64,000 nucleotides of DNA from Selaginella moellendorffii. Taxonomy: Eukaryota; Plantae; Lycopodiophyta. The DNA lies in NCBI RefSeq assembly GCF_000143415.4, contig NW_003314300.1, positions 166,908 to 230,907 on the forward strand. Reading direction: 5' to 3'. The notes under the pieces were generated by a model, which saw nothing but the letters and a program-made list of their open reading frames with translations, had not been told where the DNA came from and made no database searches. This document shows positions 1 through 10,549 of the stretch, piece after piece (positions within the stretch are counted from its first letter, which is position 1; the number at the start of each line of letters is the position of its first letter). Position numbers and translations under genes: made by a program.

Positions 1-314
1 AAGGGTGGTCTCTGGAGTTCCTGGACAAGCCGAAACCATCGAAACTATAGACGAGGAAGATTAAGGTATGCTTCCATTTTGTTCTTACAGTGCCAAAAAT
101 TAAAAAATTTCATTCCAGGAGATCGAAAAGCAGAACTTTGGCTTCTAAAACATATGCTCGAAGCTAAAGAGTTTAGCTTCATGGCAAAAAGTGACCGTCA
201 GATGTAGAAGATCCAACGGCTCACGTGACGTTTTAAGTAAAGTGGAATATCCACGTGGCGAGGTTTACGAGCGGGAAAATTTGAACTGTCTTGTGGGCTA
301 GGGTTTATATTTCC

Positions 315-2383
315 ATGGGGCATCCTGGGAGGACGCTGGAAATCCCGGTCCAGTCCGGCAAGGACACTTCTTCGTGCGCTCCCTGCGAGAGTGAGATCCA
401 GGTGAGTCGATCGCAATCGCAATCCAAGCGCTTGCATTCATTCCTTGAAATCTTGGCTCCAGATCACACGGATCGGTGGAAATGGAACGCGGCCGCCGCA
501 GAAGCCGTGCTGTTCTTCGTGCTCCTCCGCCGGGTATGAGATTCCACCCCCGACTCCCGCTCCCTACAACAGGGCGCTGCCTAACGATGTGGAATTTCCA
601 CTCCCGGAGCCCGTCCCTCGGCTGGATCTCATGAGCGCGCGCCCGACGCCAAACAAGAACACCGTCTATGAGATTCCTCCGACGCCGCCGGGAGCTGCGA
701 CGCCGAGCAGCAATGCCAGCAGAGACAAATCGGTGAGAGTGAGGGAGATTTCAGTCATCTCAGCGAAGCCGCCGCACGATCTAGACCGGATTCGTGAGGA
801 GCATCCGAGCGTTCACATCGAGGTGGAGGAGCCAAGCGACATCACAATTGGTGTGCGTAACATCTCGGTGAACGGCGGGAAAGATGAGAAAGGCAAGGAG
901 ACAAACAGAGATGGCTACGAGGAGAAGGAAGCTCCTGCCGAGCAGATGGGCTCGCCACCTTTGATGGCTTCGGAGAATTCGCTCATCGATTTCTCGCTCT
1001 TTCTGCTCAAGAATGCGAGATCTCGCGAGAAAGTCCGGCGGTCACTAGCCAAAGATCTGAACGAGAAGAAGGGGGCTGCTGAACCCGAGGAAGATCTGGA
1101 AGGCTTGCTTCGCAAATGGGAAGCCGCGCAGCTGGAAGAAGCTGCGGCTGCTAGAGCCAAGGAAGAAGAGCTGCTTCGTGCTTCTCCCGCGGTGCCGATG
1201 TTTCCCGGGATCAAGGAGCTGCCTTTGCTAAACTACATCAACGCGGAGGGGAAGATCGAGCCTCAGTGCGACCCCAACACGGCTGTCAGTGCGTTTGCGG
1301 TGCTGGACAGGCTGAAGAAGGTGCAGTACATCGGCATTGCGAAGAGCCTCCGGAACAGTATGAGGAAGATAATGGGGAGAAAGCCCGGCTTTTGCTACTA
1401 CTACAAAGTTTATCACTTGCCCAACGTGGAGAGCTTCCCAAAGCCGAACTATGTCAAGCAAAGGGTACGTTTCTACTGGTTTTTTTGCACAGATTTAAGA
1501 AGATTTAACCGGGAACATGATCGTGAATTGTCAGCTGTCTGTTTGAGCGTTCGTGTGAACAGTGGATAGAAGAATTGGGATCGCCTCCACCCGGGAATGC
1601 GGACGAGACGCAGAGAAAGCAATGGGAGCAGCCTGCCGAGGTTTCTGTGGGTGCAGTTATGGACAGGGGATCCGTTTTAGCGGCGGCAATCGAGAAAGCT
1701 AAAGGACTTATCCAAATTATGGTCAGGAGAGGTCTCAAAGAGGAGGTACGTAGTTGGCTCTATTTTTCTTTTCCAGAATAGATCACATTCTCTATGTTTT
1801 ATTCAGATGATATATGATCCTGCACTGATGGAGTTGGGACGGTGTGATGTTTTGGAGGTATGCTATCCTGTATCTCTTTAGTTGCTGATTCTGTAAGTGT
1901 AGACCACTACTCCGGCGGACGCTCCCAAAGGGAAGCACACAGTGGTTACAACGCCGTATGGTGGAACAGTTGATTACTTTATCTGCTACCACGATAAATC
2001 AAAGCTGAGCAATGGCTGGTTGTATGATGTAACCATCAACAAAGACAATCAAGAGACCAGGTGAGCATGCATGTAGTAAAGAAAATCATACATTGGTTGA
2101 ACCGAGTTTATTGGTACAGGCATTTGATTACCTGCGGGAACAACTGTCCCGCCAATCTTTCAGAAAATACTTTCCTGGAGCTGATTTTTGCATTTCTCCT
2201 GGTAAATCCATTGTATTTGAAGCAGTTTAGATTAAAAAACTCACACCTTGTCTGTAACAGCATCAAGGTGTTCCGAGAGACAAAGACTTGCGAAACGGAT
2301 TCTCAATGCACAACTTTTCTGTGGCCGAATTTATCCAGAAGTTCGACAATTTTAAGCCGTGGTTCCCCCGCGTTTCGTCATGA
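315..2383 (+). CDS. Multi-exon protein with a GIY-YIG-like domain (plant/algal/cyanobacterial GRXS16-N-type) and a long low-complexity N-terminus
   Basis: ATG 315, intron ~402-462, long exon to ~1464 containing VSAFAVLDRLKKVQYIGIAKSLRNSM...CYYYKV, then EQWIEELGSPPPGN...QRKQWE. Further GT-AG exons end in FKPWFPRVSS* at 2383. The junction at 1465-1560 is not cleanly resolved. Confidence 0.6.
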
Positions 2384-2542
2384 AGTCTAGTGCAAGCTAG
2401 CATTTCACTGGGTAGGTGTTTTCTCTAACCTTCCACTGGCCGGCCGCTACAGCAGAACACTGGAGCAATCACGGCAATCCAAGGTCTTCTAGACAAATCA
2501 GTTTTTATTTTTTTGTTTTCTCAACTTTCCAAAATAATGCAG

Positions 2543-3829
2543 TCATTTGCACTCGAAGTGCACGTACACTGAACACTTGACGGCCTTCTTCTGGGTTCTG
2601 AAACCTGGCATCACCATGAACTCCAGCTTACTCTTCTTACAACTCTTGCACGGCGAAGCTGGATGCACAACTGGTTCTACGTAAACGGGATTGACGTCCA
2701 TTCCTCGTCCGACTCTGATAATCCCAGCCGCCGGGTTCATCGAGTAAGCGAGCCGGTGCAGCAACCAGACGCCTTTGCAAGCGTTGATGAAAGCCGAGGT
2801 GAAGCAGTTCCTCTCAGCCGTCGCCTTGAAGATGATCGTCCAAGGAAAGAGACCCCACATATCGTGAGTCTTGTTCTCGCAAAAGTTGAGGAAGTCGGGC
2901 TCAAAGTTGGCGTGGGCCGGGTTGACGGCATCCGCGATATCCAGCAGCTTCATCCGTTGGAACTCCTCGAGCCTGGCAAGAGCTCGCTGGGACGGGTTGA
3001 GGATCTTGGTGATGCCAAAGTGGTCGAAGCTTTCGTTCTCGAAGCAGTGGAACAGGGCCTTGTTGATGCGAGACTCCAGAGCGAACGCCGTGTGTTCCTT
3101 CTTTGCAAAGACTGTCCTCGGCTCCAGATCTCCCAGAGCTCGCAACACCGAGTAGCCGGACATCTCCATCTGCTTCATGAAGACTTTGCAGAACTTCCGA
3201 ATGGCCAGAGTCGCTCGCACGACCGTCATCTCAAGGAGGAGCTCGGTGGCAGTGATCTCCATATCCATGGAAACGTGGTCTACTGCCGGTGACGACGATC
3301 TTCGTGGTGGAAGAGTGGTGTTTCCCTCGCGAGACTTTATCGCTCCCCCGACGCGCTTCTCACTAAGGACGGAGCATTCTTCGCCATTTCCCTCGGTGGT
3401 AAGCGTTTCCTTGCTCTGGTTTCTCTGCGGGACTAACAGTGGACTCCCTTTGTGCCTACAGCAAATACCTGTGATCTCTCGCTCTTTCATCGCCATGCTT
3501 TGCAGCTGCTCCAGTTGCCACTCTAGCATGTCGATCGTGTCCTGCTTGTCAACCAGTGCCGATTGCTGCCGTTTGCTCAACTCCAGGAGCTCCTGAGTCG
3601 GCTGCTGCCGGAGCCTGATCGTCCTCGAGTTTGTAGCTGGCGAAGAACTATGCTCTGATCTAGCAGCAGGAACTGGAGAAGTCGCTCGATTCCCGCAAGC
3701 GATGATGCTGGAGAGGATTCCTATCAAAGGCCGGCAACCCGTCGCTCTGGTACACAGCTTCTCAAAGTTTGCTTGCATCTCGTCGTCCTCACTCGTGCTG
3801 CTCTTGCTGCTTGCAGCCACTCGTCTTCG

Positions 3830-3865
<36 letters not shown>

Positions 3866-4171
3866 ATTCTTCGCGCTCGGGGACACTGGAATCTCTTCGG
3901 CGATTGTTGGCAGCTGCTTGGTGGAACTCACAGAAAACCTCTCCGCCATGGCCGTGTCCTCTTCTTCTCTCATGTGGAGGAGGATGCGCAGCGCTACCTT
4001 CTCCTTCCTTGTGGAATTCTCTTCACCATCATCCAAGGTAGACGATCTAGCAGTAGTTAAGAGGTTGGCGGAATCCATTAACTTCATCTCGTATTTCTTG
4101 CTGCCAGACCTCTTGATGAAGTGTGTGTGGAAGATGAACAGGAATCGAGGGAGATTCCTGGCGAGTAGCAT
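2543..4171 (-). CDS. GIL1/IRK-interacting-like (DUF641-type) coiled-coil protein, intronless, with polyQ
   Basis: 542-aa ORF. C-terminal LESRINKALFHCFENESF...KGVWLLHRLAYS...FMVMPGF...VKCSVYV is typical of the family. True start may be the Met at ~4087. Confidence 0.75.
3830..3865 (-). repeat. (CAG)n coding microsatellite encoding 12 Gln
   Basis: ctg ttg (ctg)10 on the + strand, inside the ORF. Confidence 0.95.
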
Positions 4172-4424
4172 TTATGCGAAAGGTGACAAGCCGCTACTAG
4201 ATGGCTAGTCGGACGGATTGGATTGTTTGGAAATCGAGGAAGTCAAGCTTTTCTGGTTGGAAGTTGGAAGTGCCCGTCTTGGCAGCCGTCTTTTGTTGGA
4301 CAGGTACAGTAATCCTTCATCGCTCTTTTTAGAATCCAACGTTTTTTTTTTTCCTCCAGAAGCCGAGCGACATCACTTCGATCACTTAGATCACTTGCAA
4401 ACGCTTTAGAAGCGAGAATGGTGG

Positions 4425-6020
4425 ATGATGGAAGCTGTGACTTTCACGCAGCTGGCCAGCGAGATCCGGCAGTGCAGCGACGCAAGAGACTTCGATCGAG
4501 CCAGGCAGATCCACAGACAAGTTCTCAAGAGCAAGCATCTCCGCCAGGACGACGCCACTTACCTCGCGAATTTGCTGCTCGAAGCTTATGGAAGATGTGG
4601 GTCTGTGGAGGAAGCCCAGCGTCTCTTCCAGGCCTTGCCACTACCCAACGTCTTCTCGTGGAACATCTTGCTCGAGGCATATGCCCAGAACGGGCATCTC
4701 GATCGCGCGAGAAGCTTGTTTGATCGAATCCCGGATAAAAACGTCGTCTCTTGGACCACCATGATCAAAGCTTATGGTTCTTCCGGCCGAGTGGACGACG
4801 CAAAATTACTCTTCCAAAAAATGCCAGTAAGAAACCTCGTCACCTTCACGGGCATGGTAAAAGCATATGCCGAGACTGGGCATATTCTCGATGCCAGGGA
4901 ATTGTTTGATTCCATGCCCGAGAGGAACCTCGTGGCGTGGACAGTCATGCTTGCGGCATATTCGCAGACTGGGCATCTAGACGAGGTGCTTGCGCTGTTT
5001 GCGCGAATCCCGGAGAGGGAGGTGGTATCGTGCAGCATCGTGATCGGCGCATATTCCGCGAGAGGGCAAATGCGCGAGGCGCGAAAGCTGTTCGATTCGA
5101 TGCGCGAGGGAAATGTGGTGACGTGGACGGCCCTGATCGCTGGGTACGCGGGGCGTGGGGATCTGGAGGAAGCTAGAAGTTTGTTTGAGAGGATGCCCGA
5201 GAGAGATACGGTGTCATGGACGAGTATGATCACAGCTTATGCCCAATTGGGGCATCTGGAAGAGGCGAGAGCTCTCTTTGATTCCATCCCGATCAATCGC
5301 CGGGATGCTGTGGTGTGGAATTCGATGCTCTACGCGTTCTCTCGCGATGGCTGCGTTGCCGGGATGATCGAGACGCTGAGGGCGATGCCACGCCCGGATC
5401 TTGTATCGTGGAACATCGCCATGGCGACACTGGCAGAGTGGGGGATGGGCGATGACTTCGCGAATTTCTTCCTGGAGATGCCCGAGAGGAATGTCTTGTC
5501 GTGGACGAGCATGATCCAGGCGCTCGCGCGGCGGGGCATGCTCCAATCCGCGAGAGACCTCTTCGACACAATGCCGGAGAGGAATCGCGTGTCATGGTCG
5601 ACGATCGTCCAGGCCTTCGCCCGGAATTCGCAGGGCGAGGAGGCGATCCAGCTCGTCCTGGCGATGCTGCTCGAGGGCATCGCGCCGGATGAGATCGCCT
5701 ACATCGAGATCCTGGCCGCGTGCGCCCACATTGGATTGCTAGAAACGAGCCGGCAATTCTTCCACTCCATCACCGCCGACCACGGCCTCGTCCCCTCGAT
5801 CGAGCACTACAGCTGCATGATCCACATTCTGGGACGATCCGGCCAGGCAAGAGACGCCGAGGAGCTCCTCCAAACAATGAGCCTCGTGCCGGATTCTATC
5901 TCCTGGACCGCATTGCTGGGCAGCAGCAACGAAATCAGCCGCGGCGCCCGCGCGGCCAGGAAAGCAGTGGATCTGGACGGAGAAATCTCCGCTCCATCCT
6001 CCTCTCCAACCTCGCCCTAA
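4425..6020 (+). CDS. PLS-class pentatricopeptide repeat protein with truncated E motif, no DYW
   Basis: About 13 tandem ~31-aa repeats (FDSMPERNxVSWTxMIxAYA), then HYSCMIHILGRSG and PDSISWTALLG. Confidence 0.92.
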   Translation: MMEAVTFTQLASEIRQCSDARDFDRARQIHRQVLKSKHLRQDDATYLANLLLEAYGRCGSVEEAQRLFQALPLPNVFSWNILLEAYAQNGHLDRARSLFDRIPDKNVVSWTTMIKAYGSSGRVDDAKLLFQKMPVRNLVTFTGMVKAYAETGHILDARELFDSMPERNLVAWTVMLAAYSQTGHLDEVLALFARIPEREVVSCSIVIGAYSARGQMREARKLFDSMREGNVVTWTALIAGYAGRGDLEEARSLFERMPERDTVSWTSMITAYAQLGHLEEARALFDSIPINRRDAVVWNSMLYAFSRDGCVAGMIETLRAMPRPDLVSWNIAMATLAEWGMGDDFANFFLEMPERNVLSWTSMIQALARRGMLQSARDLFDTMPERNRVSWSTIVQAFARNSQGEEAIQLVLAMLLEGIAPDEIAYIEILAACAHIGLLETSRQFFHSITADHGLVPSIEHYSCMIHILGRSGQARDAEELLQTMSLVPDSISWTALLGSSNEISRGARAARKAVDLDGEISAPSSSPTSP

Positions 6021-6356
6021 AATGTCCCCAAGAACCCTAAACCTGCCCAGGAACCCTAAAATCCCCCTAATTTTTAACCTTTTCTCGATAATTTTCCAAA
6101 ATTTTAGGGGGATCCAGCCAATTGCCAGCGGACTGGCAATTTTGTCGCCACTTGCATGCTGCCATGTGTCTTCTCCCGACACGTCAAATAGGTTCCTTGG
6201 ACAAGTGTCGCCACGTAGGGCGTTATCGGGCTCTCGACAAACAAATCTTTTACTATAGCCTCTCCAAATCATCGAACAGCAAAATGGCCAAGAGGAGTGG
6301 CACTAGTGGTCCTCAAAGCCCTTCTTCTAGGGCTAGGGCTTGGGAGATCGCGAGCG

Positions 6357-8211
6357 ATGGCGGAGGGCAGCATTGCCAAGCGCTCGCGCGCCGATCGCGT
6401 CCCGCTCAAGGCGCTCGCGCGCGTCGCGTCCGTGGCCGCGGGCGTCCAATTCGGCTGGGCGCTGCAGCTATCGCTGCTCACGCCCTACGTCCAGGAGCTC
6501 GGGATTCCTCACACTTTTGCGAGCTACATTTGGCTGTGTGGGCCGATCTCGGGGATGTTCGTCCAGCCCATCGTGGGATTCTACAGCGATCACTGGGAGG
6601 GGAAGTGGGGGAGGCGGCGGCCATTCATTGTCCTAGGCGCGATTTTGGTGGTTATCTCGGTCTTGATCATCAGCTTCGCGGCCGATCTGGGATACATTCT
6701 TGGCGATACTCCCACCAGGAGGCCCAGAGCCATCGGGATCTTTGTGGTCGGGTTTTGGTTCTTGGATCTGGCTAACAACACTCTCCAGGGTCCCTGTAGA
6801 GCACTTCTAGCGGATTTCACTGGTAAGATCCTTGGTTTTCTTCTAGTTCTAGCTTCAAAGTTGAGTTTTTATTCTTCCTGTCACAGGGAGAGATCAGCGA
6901 AGAAATCGCCGGGCAAATGCGTTCTTCTCGTTTTTCATCTCGATTGGAAACATTCTCGGGTTTGCAGCGGGATCTTATAACAATTGGCCGAAGATCTTTC
7001 CTTTCACAGAGACCAGAGGTTGCAACCGACCATGCGCCAACTTAAAGTCGGCTTTTATGATCGACTTGATCCTGCTCATCGTGACGACCCTCTTGAGCAT
7101 TACAGCCGCCCAAGAAATCCCGTGGTCACCACTGACGAAGGCCCAGAAGCACGGTGTGAGTACTCCCACCACCCCGCTGATTCCCGACAAGCCAGATCCA
7201 CAGTACGCCGATGATCCAGAGAACGTAAACGACGACGATGAAGATGAGGAGGAAGAATCGGAGGCCTTCTTCTGGGAGCTTGTGGGAACTTTGCGAGATC
7301 TTCCGCGACCAATGTGGTGCATCCTCTTGGTGACGGCGTTAACTTGGCTGGCGTGGTTTCCGTTCACGCTATTCGACACGGACTGGTTTGGAAGAGAGGT
7401 GTTTAAAGGCGAGCCCGGCTCCGCGACCGCGCAGATTTACGACAGGGGTGTCCGAATGGGATCGTTCGGGCTGATGCTCAACTCGGTGGTGCTCGGGATC
7501 ACGTCCATTGTAATGGAACCACTTTGCCGGATGCTCAAGCCGAGCTTCGTGTGGGGTATCGGGAACTTTATCATGGCCGCGAGCTTTGCTGCGATGATAG
7601 CGATTACTTACGCGATGAAGAACACCGATCGAGTAATCCCGCCGACAGGAACAACCATCGGTGCCCTCGTTGTCTTCGCGGCTCTGGGAGCTCCTCTTGC
7701 GGTACTGTTTTCTTGTCTTTCTCTTCGTTTTTCGTTTTGTCACTGAGTGTGTTTTGTCCCTATAGGTGACTTACAGCATTCCTTTTGCGCTGGCATCGCA
7801 TTCCACGAACAACAGCGGAGGTGGCCAAGGTAAGTTTATCTCTCTCGATTCGCGAGCTTGAAAGTTTCAAACATTTGCAAAGTTCATGTTTTTTTTCTAA
7901 CTTGAGAACCATTCCTACAGGCCTGGCAATGGGAGTGCTGAATCTGGCCGTCGTAGTTCCGCAGGTAACGAAAGAGCTGGCAGTTCCTCGCAATCAAAGC
8001 GTTGTGTTTTCTAATCTCTCTGCAGATCATTATCTCGCTCGGTAGCGGTCCTTGGGATGCGCTATTCGGCGGTGGAAACGTTCCATCCTTCGCGTTGGCG
8101 CTGGGAGCTTCTTTCATTGGCGGAGTTCTCGCGTTTTTAATCCTTCCAAGGCCGGCGCCAGAGTTTCGTTCCAGGAGTATTCGCCGTACGAGAAGCTCTC
8201 CCATACCATAG
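6357..8211 (+). CDS. SUT: Sucrose/H+ symporter (SUT/SUC, GPH family), shorter-loop paralog
   Basis: [63 protein letters not shown], with short GT-AG introns. Confidence 0.93.
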
Positions 8212-8367
8212 GAGAAAGCGATCACTCTTTCTCTATATTATTCCTATTGTTCTTTCCCTCTCCTATTGTTCTTTCCCTATTGTATCAATCATAATAAGCA
8301 TTTTAAAATTTCTCTATATTATTCCTATTGTCCTTCATATTAAGAGGTTTAGGGTTTTCTCCAGTGG

Positions 8368-9985
8368 ATGGGCGGGCCTGGCCTATGGCGCCGTGTGGTG
8401 AGATCTGTGGCGAATTCCCGGCGGCGAGGAGGATCGCGCAATGCGGTAAGAGCGAGTGATTCCATTCTCTGGCCGCAGCGGCAGCGAATTCTCTCCGGGA
8501 TCGAAAGCCATGGGTACGTCGTGCGATCGAGCATTGTGTGGTATTCTTCGAGCTCCAGTCGAGTGGAGCCATTAGGCAAGGGCGGGAAACAAGACGATCG
8601 ATCGTCCGCTTCGTGGATTAAGTCTTTTCCACCGTCGCTCCAGCCGTTTGCGTGCCTTGCGAGGTTGGACAAGCCGATTGGAACTTGGTTACTGGCATGG
8701 CCATGCTTTTGGTATGTAAGTTCTTCTTTTTGTCGATTTTTTTTGTTCTTGGTTTGTAAAGCTTGCTTTGCGTTCTCCAGGTCGATCGCTCTCGCCGCTC
8801 CGGCTGGAAGCTTGCCAGACCTGAAAATGCTCGCGCTGTTTGGAACGGGAGCGATCTTGCTGCGTGGTGCTGGCTGCACGGTGAATGACTTACTTGATCG
8901 TGATATCGATGGCAAGGTCTCTTTGAGTCCATTTTTTTTTTTTCTTGCTGACTTGACGCTCATGTATTTCAGGTTGATAGAACCAAACTTCGGCCAATCG
9001 CTTCTGGAGCATTGTCTCCAGCTCAAGGTGTTGGATTTCTCGGTTGCCAGCTTCTTTTGGGCCTGGGAATTCTCCTCCAGCTCAATGATTTCAGGTAGAA
9101 CAAGCTCTCCTATTTATTTCTCTGTGTTTTTTTCGCTGTGTTCTTCTCAACCTTGACAATATCAGCCGAATTCTAGGAGCATCGTCTCTACTCCTCGTTG
9201 GCACCTATCCCTTGATGAAAAGGTGGACATTTTGGGTATGTATTCTTTCAAGCTCTCGATCTCCAAGTCGAAGTAGAAGACAATGCTGCTGGTTATTGTT
9301 TTTCTAAACAGCCTCAAGCGTATCTGGGCCTAACTTTCAATTGGGGAGCGCTTTTGGGATGGTCGGCCATCCAAGGCAGCTTAAATCCAGCCGTTGTTCT
9401 TCCACTGTATTTGTCCGGGATATGCTGGACGCTTGTCTACGACACCATATATGCACACCAGGTACGCTTTTCCTTCCATTACAAAGAGCACAATGAATTA
9501 TTTTCGCTTTTGTTCGTTCCGCCAGGATAAAGAGGATGACCTCAAAGTGGGTGTCAAGTCCACGGCATTAAGATTCGGAGACCACACTTGTCTCTGGCTC
9601 ACGGGTTTCAGCGCAGCCTCCGTTTCTTTCCTCGCTCTGGCGGGGTACAATACTGGTATCGGTAAGTGCTCACACCAGTGCTTTTCATACCAAGTCGTAA
9701 AGCGCTCGCTCTCGCGATTCCCTTGTTTTTTCTTTCAGGCTGGCCATTCTATGGAGGCGTCCTTGGTACAGCTTGTCACCTCGCTTGGCAGCTCCAGACT
9801 CTCGACATCTCAAACAGCGATGATTGTAACCGGAAGTGAGTGGAGCTCTCTTTTTATTTTTCCAGAAGCCGCCTTGGCTGACTTGAAAGAATTGTCAATC
9901 GTGGTGGTGTGTTTATAGATTTGGATCCAACAAGTGGCTCGGGGCCATTGTTTTCGGCGGCATCGTTCTCGGCAAGTTGCAATGA
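8368..9985 (+). CDS. COQ2: 4-hydroxybenzoate polyprenyltransferase (UbiA family, ubiquinone synthesis)
   Basis: [56 protein letters not shown]. Arg/Ser-rich N-terminal transit peptide, many short introns. Confidence 0.93.
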
Positions 9986-10094
9986 TCGATCGATTCCATC
10001 GACTGAATGGTACGCTTTAAGTTCCTCGTGAATGGTGGTCCTCCTGCGAGCACTCAAAGTTTCTCCAAAAGAAAAATTCCCATGGCAGGCAAAC

Positions 10095-10320
10095 CACGTG
10101 TACAACGAAATTATTTCCGCCCGGCGGCAAAGATTCGTGACGTGTTGAAGCGACGACCATTCCAGGTGCTGACGCGACGGGGCCCTGCCACTGTGGCGCG
10201 CGCTCGAGGCCCCACGTGGCGTCCACTGTGGAGCAATGCGGCTGCGCCACGTGGCACCGTTTAAATTTCAAATATTCCATCCAGCGTCACGCTTTGCCCT
10301 AAGTGGCACTTTTTATATTT
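10095..10320 (+). promoter_or_regulatory. G-box/ABRE-like cluster upstream of the second SUT gene
   Basis: CACGTG at 10095 and 10213, palindromic GCCACGTGGC at 10246-10255, TGACGTGT at 10138, and a TATA-like tttatattt at ~10312. Confidence 0.5.
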
Positions 10321-10549
10321 CCCCTTCTCTCTCGTCTGGGTTATTTCAAATCGCTCGCTTTGGCGCTCACCGTGGCTGGGCGCTCCCATTCCCCCATTCC
10401 CCGGATGGTCTCTTCTCGCCCCATCGCATAGATCTCTCGCGGCGCCAGCAAGGATCCGGCGCATCGATCGGCATTGTGTTGGATCGATCCATCCGCGCAG
10501 TGGCAGTGAGTTGTGGGCTCTTTTCTGACCTAAATTTCGGCGCCCAGGG

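Noticed and set aside
1-180. 3' end of an upstream gene with an intron-like gtatg...ccag
   Set aside because: Too short to assign frame or product.
6031-6113. Interstitial telomere or MITE (aaccctaaa twice plus a 10-bp inverted repeat)
   Set aside because: Only isolated telo-box-like motifs with no array or TSD. Ordinary promoter sequence.
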